Below, one piece after another: positions 57,539 to 64,000 of a stretch of 64,000 nt of DNA. This DNA is from Eubacteriales bacterium (GTDB taxonomy: Bacteria; Bacillota; Clostridia; Christensenellales; UMGS416), in NCBI GenBank assembly GCA_040883315.1, contig JBFLKU010000008.1:118392-182391 (forward strand). The letters run 5' to 3'. How positions within the stretch are numbered: the first letter of the stretch is position 1; the number at the start of each line of letters is the position of its first letter. The notes beneath the pieces are model-generated. The model saw only the letters and a program-made list of their open reading frames with translations. It searched no databases and was not told the origin of the DNA. A program made the translations under genes and the position numbers.

Positions 57539-57812
57539 TTATATCTTCCTTTAGCTGATTTAGCAAATCATCGTTGATTTCCACTTCCAGAGCTCTCTGC
57601 AACGCCTTGGTTTTGTAGGCTTTGGTCAGGCATTCAGGGCTTTTGCATATGTATGCACCCCTGCCGGACATTTTGCCTTTTTTGTCTATGCAGACATCTC
57701 CTTCAGGAGTTCTGACAACGCGGATTAAATCAATTTTCAAAAACCTTTCCCTGCATCCTACGCACATACGGATTGGTTTTTTGCGTTGTGGTTTTTGCTG
57801 CTTTTTTACCAT
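57531..57812 (-). CDS. ylxR: YlxR/RnpM (DUF448) RNA-binding protein
   Basis: 93 aa with RMCVGCRERF...GRGAYIC. It overlaps ylxQ by 8 nt. Confidence 0.9.
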   Translation of the reverse strand: MVKKQQKPQRKKPIRMCVGCRERFLKIDLIRVVRTPEGDVCIDKKGKMSGRGAYICKSPECLTKAYKTKALQRALEVEINDDLLNQLKEDIIE

Positions 57813-57826
57813 AATATCAGATTCAT

Positions 57827-59155
57827 TTATTCCTTGTCTTCGTCGTATTCATCATCCAAGTCTAAATCAATATCATCAAGCTCTATATCCAGCTCGTCGT
57901 CTTCATATTCATCTTCTTCTGTGGCTTCATCATCAGCAGGCTCTTCAATTTCTTCTGAAGATTCATCTTCGTCTTCATCGTCCATGCTTTCGCCCAGCTC
58001 GTTTTCCATCACGCTTTCTATGCCTAGGTCGTCATCCAAATCCATAAGGCTGTCATCGAACATCTCAGCGTTTTCTTCATCGGCAAAGTCATCTATAAAG
58101 TTGCCGTTTTCATCAACCAGCTCCATAATCTGCGTTTGGCTCTTGATATCTATTTTCCAGCCTGTTAATTTGGCTGCCAGTCTTGCGTTTTGTCCCTCTT
58201 TGCCAATAGCTAGTGACAGGTGATTATCAGGAACAACAACTCTTGCTTTTTTGCTGTTTTCATATAGATAAACCATCACTACTCTTGCAGGGCTTAGTGC
58301 ATTTGCTATATATTCAACCGGGTCTTCTGACCAGTCTACTATGTCTATTTTCTCGCCGCGAAGTTCATCCACCACGCGCTCTACGCGGATACCCCTCTGT
58401 CCAACACATGAACCGATGGCATCTATGTTTTCGTCGGATGAATATACGGCTATTTTGCTGCGCTGACCGGCCTCTCTAGCCACACTTACTATCTCTACTA
58501 CTCCCGATTGAAGCTCCGGCACTTCCATTTCAAAAAGCCTTTTTACCAATCCCGGGTGTGAGCGTGAAACTATTATCTGCGGACCTCTTTTGGTCTTTCG
58601 CACTTCCATCACATATACTTTGATGCGGTCGTTTGCATATAGTCTTTCATTGCGCATTTGCTCGGATGGCGGCAGATAGCCGTCTGTTTGACCAAGCTCT
58701 ACATACACATTGTTGTTTTCTACTCTTTGTACAGATGCAGTTATTACTTCATCTTTTTTATCTTCAAACTCTTGGGTAATTATCTCTCTTTCAGCTTCGC
58801 GGATTTTTTGCACTACCACCTGCTTCGCAGTTTGTGCAGCTGTTCTGCCGAAGTCAACATCTTTAACTTCAGTCTGCCATATATCATCAATTTCAAATTC
58901 AGGGTCAGAAATTCTTGCCTCTTCCAAAGAGATTTCGCACTCTTCGTCGATTACTTCTTCAACCACTGTTTTCAGCGCATATATTTTGATGTCGCCTGTC
59001 TCTCTGTCTACTTCCACTCTGGAGTCGTGAGCAGGGCCTACGCTTTTTTTATAGGCAGCATTAATAGCTGTTTCAATTGCTTCTATCAAGAAGTCTTTAC
59101 TAATGTTTTTTTCCTTTTCTAATGCTTCCAATGCATTAATGAATTCAGCATTCAT
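57827..59155 (-). CDS. nusA: Transcription termination/antitermination factor NusA with a ~93-aa acidic C-terminal tail
   Basis: 442 aa with an N-terminal domain, S1 and KH1/KH2 (GPQIIVSRSHP, CVGQRGIRV, AIGKEGQNARLAAKLTGWKIDI). The remainder is a D/E-rich low-complexity tail. Confidence 0.95.
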   Translation of the reverse strand: MNAEFINALEALEKEKNISKDFLIEAIETAINAAYKKSVGPAHDSRVEVDRETGDIKIYALKTVVEEVIDEECEISLEEARISDPEFEIDDIWQTEVKDVDFGRTAAQTAKQVVVQKIREAEREIITQEFEDKKDEVITASVQRVENNNVYVELGQTDGYLPPSEQMRNERLYANDRIKVYVMEVRKTKRGPQIIVSRSHPGLVKRLFEMEVPELQSGVVEIVSVAREAGQRSKIAVYSSDENIDAIGSCVGQRGIRVERVVDELRGEKIDIVDWSEDPVEYIANALSPARVVMVYLYENSKKARVVVPDNHLSLAIGKEGQNARLAAKLTGWKIDIKSQTQIMELVDENGNFIDDFADEENAEMFDDSLMDLDDDLGIESVMENELGESMDDEDEDESSEEIEEPADDEATEEDEYEDDELDIELDDIDLDLDDEYDEDKE

Positions 59156-59181
59156 GGATATTTACCTTTCTAATAGTTTAA

Positions 59182-59646
59182 TTAAAATTCGATTGATAAA
59201 GTCGCTTTTCCGATGTCTTTTATCTGTAGTGATATTTCACCGTCAGCGTCCTCTACTACTATGCCGTCCTCGTCTGCTTTTTTTAGCACACCAACTATCT
59301 TTTTCTTTCCGTCAACAGGGGCATAAAGGCTGATTTCTATCTTTTTCTCAATGTACCTTTTGTAGTCTGATAGGTCTTTGAACTCTCTGTCCAGCCCGGG
59401 GGAGGAAACCTGTAGAAAATCATACTTTTCCGCTGTATCAGGGTTTTCATCCAAAATAGGGTCTAGAGTTTTGGAAATCAATTCGCAGTCTTCAAAGCTT
59501 ATGCCGCTTTCCTTATATATATATATAGTTAGTTTCCAGGGACCGCCTGGATTTTTATATTCCACATCCACCAATTCATAGCCTAAATCTTCAACGATAG
59601 GTTTTGCTATGTCAAAGGCGATGGATTTAACAGATTTTTTAGCCAA
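59182..59646 (-). CDS. rimP: Ribosome maturation factor RimP
   Basis: TTG 59646 lies 7 nt after AAGGAAG and gives (M)AKKSVKSIAFDIAKPIVEDLGYELVDVEY..., the RimP N-terminus. The tracked upstream TTG 59682 lies inside the leader terminator U-tract. Confidence 0.88.
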   Translation of the reverse strand: MAKKSVKSIAFDIAKPIVEDLGYELVDVEYKNPGGPWKLTIYIYKESGISFEDCELISKTLDPILDENPDTAEKYDFLQVSSPGLDREFKDLSDYKRYIEKKIEISLYAPVDGKKKIVGVLKKADEDGIVVEDADGEISLQIKDIGKATLSIEF

Positions 59647-59677
59647 GTTTTTGCTTCCTTTTTTATAATAATTCTGA

Positions 59678-59710
59678 CACAAAACTAAAGAGTGGGATTG
59701 CCCACTCCTT
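59678..59710 (-). terminator. Terminator-like hairpin in the rimP-nusA leader (possible attenuator)
   Basis: The minus strand reads GAGTGGG-CAAT-CCCACTC (59707-59690), a perfect 7-bp stem, followed by TTTAGTTTTGTG. It lies between the predicted promoter and the rimP RBS. Confidence 0.55.
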
Positions 59711-59746
59711 ACACTCTGTTATCAATAGTTCTGTCTTACTTTATAC

Positions 59747-59774
59747 ATTATAGCATAAATTATTTTTTTATCAA
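59747..59774 (-). promoter_or_regulatory. Sigma-A-like extended -10 promoter for the rimP-nusA-ylxR-ylxQ-infB operon
   Basis: The minus strand reads TTGATA (59774-59769), a 16-nt spacer, then TGcTATAAT (-10 at 59752-59747). Confidence 0.55.
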
Positions 59775-59968
59775 GAAAATCTTTTATAGGTACGTTTGTG
59801 AGCAAATAGATGCGTTTTTATTTTTTTAACTATGCATACTATACTTCAATTTATAAATAAAATATGAATTAATATCAAAATTATTTGGGATTTGAAAGGC
59901 ATTTCTAATTGTTATTTGTGCCAATAAATTGTATAATAAATTTTAATACAAAAAATCAAGGATATAAA

Positions 59969-61189
59969 ATGGAAGAGAATAAAAAAATTAGAAATGAAGA
60001 TAACAGCAGTGTATACATATATACTGTGTTAATTATACTTGGCATGGCAGTAATTGCCTTTGCATCTGTTTACATACCGTTTTTGATATTTGCTATGCTT
60101 ATTATAGCTCCCTTTGCAATGCGGTACGACATGGAGGCTGCAAAGCCTATATTATCTATAGCATTGGCGGTAATCTGTGGGATTTTTCTGGCATTTAATA
60201 GCCTGAATTATTCGGTCTTTTATATTTTGACTGCAGCCACAGGGCTGAGCGTGGCTATCTCGTTTGTGATTTGGAGATTTGCAAAGATTGAAAAATTTTC
60301 AGTAGGCATGAAGTATGCTTTGCTGGGGTCTGCATTCATTGGTGTGATGATTGCTTTGGTTGTCTTCCTGATAGGAGGAAGAGAGCCGTTCTCACTGCAG
60401 ATAGTAAACGATGTGGAAAAGTTTTTTACTAGCGGAAATTCGCAAAGCGGCACCCAGATGCTGGATGCACTATACAACAGAATGATTATGCTGGAAAAAG
60501 AAGGGCAGATGACTTTTAGCGAAAGGCTGCAGAGCGCAATGGGAATATTGGACTATTCAAAAGGTGTTGCTCTGGGAGACAAAGTGGACAAGGTGATGCC
60601 TTTGGCGGAAGCTGCTGCAAACACATACTCAATTCTGGCAATACTTTTTTATCCTGCCATTGCAGGAGGTCTTGCATGGTGGAGAGGCAGCTATAGATTC
60701 TATAAAGACAAAGAAATGACTGACAGCGTAAAGAACATGAAGCCAATGCCGTTTGCAACATTCACAATACCAAGAGGGCTATTTGGTTTGGTTGTTTCGC
60801 TGCTTCTGCTCTCGTTTATATTACAAGTATATCAAAGCAGTGACATGATGATGTATGCGGCGATGACTATGCAGTATTTTTCGTATTTACTTCTGGGCAT
60901 TCAAGGGCTGGCAGTGGCAGAATATTTCTTGAAAAGAGTGAAGATATTCAAATTTGCAGCTTTAAGAATTACGCTAATGATTATTGTGGGGATAATTTCA
61001 GTCGGCATATTCTTCCTATTTATCGGAATGATAGATTTATTCTTTAATACGCGTCTGGTATATGCCAAGACAAAAGAGATGAAAGAAAAGATGGCTAGAA
61101 TGAAGGAAACCCAAGAACAGCAGAAAAAAGACGAAACTGAAAATGAAAATAAAGACGAAAACAAAGACCAAGATAAAAATGATGACTAA
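59969..61189 (+). CDS. yybS: YybS-family (DUF2232) polytopic membrane protein
   Basis: ATG 59969 (MEENKKIRNED...) is the likely start. The protein has about 10 TM helices, a charged C-terminal tail (KDETENENKDENKDQDKNDD) and the conserved position upstream of rplI-dnaB. Confidence 0.75.
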   Translation: MEENKKIRNEDNSSVYIYTVLIILGMAVIAFASVYIPFLIFAMLIIAPFAMRYDMEAAKPILSIALAVICGIFLAFNSLNYSVFYILTAATGLSVAISFVIWRFAKIEKFSVGMKYALLGSAFIGVMIALVVFLIGGREPFSLQIVNDVEKFFTSGNSQSGTQMLDALYNRMIMLEKEGQMTFSERLQSAMGILDYSKGVALGDKVDKVMPLAEAAANTYSILAILFYPAIAGGLAWWRGSYRFYKDKEMTDSVKNMKPMPFATFTIPRGLFGLVVSLLLLSFILQVYQSSDMMMYAAMTMQYFSYLLLGIQGLAVAEYFLKRVKIFKFAALRITLMIIVGIISVGIFFLFIGMIDLFFNTRLVYAKTKEMKEKMARMKETQEQQKKDETENENKDENKDQDKNDD

Positions 61190-61222
61190 GGTGACAAAAA
61201 ATAATACTATAAGAGGTGAAAG

Positions 61223-61675
61223 ATGAAAGTTATATTATTAAAAGATGTAAAAGGTTCGGGAAAAAAGGGAGATATAGTAAACGTATCCGACGGATATGCA
61301 CGCAATTTTTTGTTTCCAAAAGGACTGGCACAGGAAGCCACAAAGCAAAATATAAATACCGTTGAGCAAAAAAAGGCAGCAATAGAGCACCAGCAAGAGC
61401 TGGAGCTGCAGGAGGCAAAGGATTTGGCGGCGTCACTAGACAACAAAGAAGTGACCATAAAGCTGAAAGCCGGAGCAAACGGAAAACTTTTTGGCTCTGC
61501 AAACACAAAAGATGTGGCTGATGCTGTGAATGAGCAGCTGAATATGGACATAGACAAAAAGAAGCTGGTGCTAAAAGACAGCATAAAAGAATGCGGAGTA
61601 TACCCTGTGAAAATAAAGCTTTATCCAAATGTAACAGCTTCCATCAAAGTGAATGTGGAGGCAGTAGAGGAATAG
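61223..61675 (+). CDS. rplI: 50S ribosomal protein L9
   Basis: 150 aa with [36 protein letters not shown]. Confidence 0.97.
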   Translation: MKVILLKDVKGSGKKGDIVNVSDGYARNFLFPKGLAQEATKQNINTVEQKKAAIEHQQELELQEAKDLAASLDNKEVTIKLKAGANGKLFGSANTKDVADAVNEQLNMDIDKKKLVLKDSIKECGVYPVKIKLYPNVTASIKVNVEAVEE

Positions 61676-61678
61676 AAG

Positions 61679-63040
61679 ATGAGCGAAGCAAAGATAGGCA
61701 AGCAGCCGCCCCACAATCTAAACGCTGAAAAATCAGTTTTGGGTGCAATGATGCTTTCACCTGTTTCTGTTGCTATGGCAATAGAGCGGCTGAAAGAGGA
61801 GGATTTTTATCTTCTGCCGCACCAAAAGATATTTCAAGCTATGCATATACTGCATATGCATGCGAAAAATGTAGATTTAGTAACTGTAGGTGACGAGCTG
61901 GACAAAATGGGCGTTTTGGAGAACGTTGGGGGGTATTCGTATCTGACGGACTTGTCAGACTATGTTCCTGTGCTTACAAACATCCATGAATATGTAAATA
62001 TAGTAAGAAATGATTCACTGCTTAGGCAGCTGATAGACATATCAGGAAGAATTACGGATGACTGCTTCAACGATGAAAAATCCACATATGACATAATTTC
62101 GGGTGCAGAGAAAATGATATTCGACTTATCCCAATCTGAGGATAAGAAGAAATTTGTGCATGTAAAAGAAACAGCTAATGAAGTAATCAAAAACGTGGAG
62201 TTCAGATATAGCAACCCGGACGCTATCACAGGCATAAGGACAGGGTTTTCGTCACTGGATACATTGCTGACTGGTCTGCACGGCGGCGAGCTGGTGCTGA
62301 TAGCCGCACGCCCCGGAATGGGCAAGAGTGCATTTGCTCTAAACATTGCACAGCAGTCTGCAATGCTGGATAAAACCAAGGCAGCAGTATTCACATTGGA
62401 AATGCCTAGCGAGCAGCTGGTGGAAAGGCTGATGTCCAGCTTGGGAGATTTGGAGCTGACCAAGATAAAAACGGGTGCACTATCCGACAAAGACTGGGAT
62501 AAAATAAGCGAAGCCGCGGATGAACTGGGGCAATGCGACATATACATAGATGACACATCGGGCATAAATATCCCGGAGATATTCAGCAAATGCAGAAGAT
62601 TGAAAGCAGAATTCGGGCTTGGCATGGTGGTTATTGACTATTTGCAGCTGTTGTCTTCATTTGGCAGAAAGGAAAGCAGACTGCAGGAAATATCCGAGAT
62701 GACCAGAATGCTGAAGATAATGTCGATGGACTTGGATGTGCCGGTTCTATTGCTTTCGCAGCTATCCCGTGCACCTGAGCAAAGACAAAACCACAGACCT
62801 ATGCTCAGCGACCTGCGTGAATCTGGCTCCATTGAGCAGGACGCAGACGTTGTTATTTTCCTATATAGGGATGACTACTACATGCAGGAGGGCAGTGATA
62901 TAAACCCGGATGCTGTTGCCAATGAGGCGGAGATTATAGTAGCCAAACACAGAAGCGGGCCCACAGGAACAATCAAGCTGGTGTGGCATGGCGACACCGT
63001 TCGATTTGTGGATGTGGACAACAGACATACATATATGTGA
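61679..63040 (+). CDS. dnaB: Replicative DNA helicase DnaB (DnaC in B. subtilis nomenclature)
   Basis: 453 aa with PPHNLNAEKSVLGAM, Walker A ARPGMGKS, Walker B VVIDYLQL, SQLSRAPEQR and AKHRSGPTG motifs. Confidence 0.96.
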   Translation: MSEAKIGKQPPHNLNAEKSVLGAMMLSPVSVAMAIERLKEEDFYLLPHQKIFQAMHILHMHAKNVDLVTVGDELDKMGVLENVGGYSYLTDLSDYVPVLTNIHEYVNIVRNDSLLRQLIDISGRITDDCFNDEKSTYDIISGAEKMIFDLSQSEDKKKFVHVKETANEVIKNVEFRYSNPDAITGIRTGFSSLDTLLTGLHGGELVLIAARPGMGKSAFALNIAQQSAMLDKTKAAVFTLEMPSEQLVERLMSSLGDLELTKIKTGALSDKDWDKISEAADELGQCDIYIDDTSGINIPEIFSKCRRLKAEFGLGMVVIDYLQLLSSFGRKESRLQEISEMTRMLKIMSMDLDVPVLLLSQLSRAPEQRQNHRPMLSDLRESGSIEQDADVVIFLYRDDYYMQEGSDINPDAVANEAEIIVAKHRSGPTGTIKLVWHGDTVRFVDVDNRHTYM

Positions 63041-63070
63041 TGACTGCTCAAAGCAGTCATTGCTTTATAA
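63041..63070 (+). terminator. Intrinsic terminator after dnaB
   Basis: TGACTGCT (63041-63048) pairs with AGCAGTCA (63052-63059) across loop CAA, followed by TTGCTTTAT (an interrupted U-tract). Confidence 0.55.
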
Positions 63071-63159
63071 ATAGAAATAGCAGAAAAGTGATTAAACAGT
63101 GGATATTTGCTTATATATAAAATGCATGTTTATTTAGTTTATCTGCAAGAGGAGAGGTT

Positions 63160-63858
63160 ATGAGAAAAATAGCATTTATGGATTTCCACGGAACATTAGC
63201 ATACAAATCATATTCAGATACCCTGCATCAGGTGCTCACAGAGTTTCATCCTGATCATTTATATACTCAAAGCACATTCAGAGACCTGCTGGACGGCAGC
63301 TATCTGTGGGACAACCCGGAAGCCGAGCATAAGCAGCTGAACAAGCCCGAAAAATGGTGGGAGCATATGAACGGCAAGCTGAAGGAGGCCTATATTCAGC
63401 TGGGCTACAAGCAGGACGCTGAGCAAATGACAGCTAGGTTTCGCGAGCTATACACAGACCCAAATGAATACATGGTGTATGATGACGCTGTAGAAGGCGT
63501 GAAAAAGATACGTAAAATGGGCTGGAAAGTCGTTATACTGACAAACCACATGCCCGAAATAAAAAAAGTGATAAAAAAACTGCCTTTCGGCAGATATATA
63601 AGCAAGGTAATTTCCTCTGCTAATATCGGCTATGAAAAGCCGAATATCAAATTCTACGAGTATGCCCTGAAAAAAACATGGCACCCTGAAAAGTGCGTTA
63701 TGCTGGGAGACAACATTTTGGCAGACATTCAAGGTGCTACAAGCGTGGGTATACCGGCTATTTTAGTCAGAAATTCACTGTTTAAGGACAATGAAAACTG
63801 CAAGTACTTCGCTAAAGATTTGAATGAAGCAGTTGACATCATCGCAAAATATTTTTAG
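63160..63858 (+). CDS. HAD-superfamily hydrolase (subfamily IA-like)
   Basis: 232 aa with motif I FMDFHGTL, motif II ILTNH, motif III GYEKP and motif IV GDNILADIQGA. GAGGAGAGG RBS. Confidence 0.8.
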   Translation: MRKIAFMDFHGTLAYKSYSDTLHQVLTEFHPDHLYTQSTFRDLLDGSYLWDNPEAEHKQLNKPEKWWEHMNGKLKEAYIQLGYKQDAEQMTARFRELYTDPNEYMVYDDAVEGVKKIRKMGWKVVILTNHMPEIKKVIKKLPFGRYISKVISSANIGYEKPNIKFYEYALKKTWHPEKCVMLGDNILADIQGATSVGIPAILVRNSLFKDNENCKYFAKDLNEAVDIIAKYF

Positions 63859-63999
63859 CTAGCCAACTGATGTTGGAGCTGGGGAATCCGTTGGTGTGGC
63901 TGCCTCTGTAGGCGATACGGTATCGGAAGGCTCCGGCGTAGGTGTGGGCGTGGGGTTGATATACCCCTCATAGTCTGCAGGGTTCACATGGAGCTCCGG
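63859..63999 (-). CDS. 3' end of an unidentified gene with a Pro/Thr-rich C-terminus; gene enters from the right edge
   Basis: The reverse complement reads ...PELHVNPADYEGYINPTPTPTPEPSDTVSPTEAATPTDSPAPTSVG followed by TAG (plus-strand CTA 63859-63861). The frame is open to the window edge. It is absent from the ORF track because it is truncated. Confidence 0.4.
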   Translation of the reverse strand, partial: PELHVNPADYEGYINPTPTPTPEPSDTVSPTEAATPTDSPAPTSVG

Positions 64000-64000
64000 A

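Noticed and set aside
1365-62625. Many other 150-270-aa shadow ORFs appear in the track, for example 1365-2165, 2211-2888, 10624-11388, 40347-41027, 44093-44608, 56500-57108 and 61960-62625.
   Set aside because: All lie antisense or out of frame inside strongly supported genes (ftsK, polC, the rdhA-like gene, the ABC ATPase, infB, dnaB). They are a by-product of codon bias. I saw no independent evidence for overlapping genes.
1-64000. I searched for CRISPR arrays, IS elements, transposases, integrases, prophage genes, toxin-antitoxin pairs, and tRNA, rRNA, tmRNA, RNase P and SRP RNAs.
   Set aside because: No direct-repeat/spacer periodicity was seen. No ORF carries DDE, tyrosine-recombinase or serine-recombinase motifs. 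Intergenic regions are all 290 nt or shorter, AT-rich and lack cloverleaf-like GC-rich structure. This was a by-eye scan, so tRNAscan-SE or Infernal should confirm it.

Overview
This window is a densely packed core-chromosome segment of a low-to-moderate-GC Bacillota genome of the Clostridia type. The lineage call rests on polC, ylxR/ylxQ, asp23-amaP-nusB-folD-xseAB-ispA and yybS-rplI-dnaB. I support about 62 CDS, and many neighbours overlap by 1-17 nt. The main blocks are: pgsA'/rimO/ftsK (-); frr-uppS-cdsA-dxr-rseP-ispG-polC (+); asp23 through hemW (-); rbgA-rnhB-yraN plus a 1338-aa glycosyltransferase fusion (+); two surface proteins (-); radical SAM, then rbfA-nrnA-truB-ribF (+); T-box-cysE-cysS-rdhA-like-membrane protein (+); amino-acid ABC transporter plus MarR (+); lipoprotein, HD, ispDF, S4, gpsA (-); uvrC (+); PLC-like, coiled-coil, coaD, rsmD, and the rimP-to-infB operon (-); yybS-rplI-dnaB-HAD (+). 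I see no rRNA, tRNA, CRISPR array, transposase, integrase or prophage gene. The one clear cis-regulatory RNA is a cysteine T-box leader. Several sigma-A-like promoters and intrinsic terminators can be read directly from the sequence. I did not find a convincing new multi-gene system such as a defence island. The most unusual items are: (1) a fusion of a CBM-like domain, two GT-C glycosyltransferase modules and a discoidin-like domain, convergent on two uncharacterised surface proteins; (2) an RdhA/QueG-like Fe-S protein and an AT-rich membrane protein that appear to sit under the Cys T-box; (3) four of five convergent gene junctions with 0-2 nt between stop codons; (4) a split infB operon explained by one ~19.6-kb inversion; (5) a terminator-like leader hairpin ahead of rimP-nusA. 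Every functional call comes from reading motifs by eye, and no searches were run.
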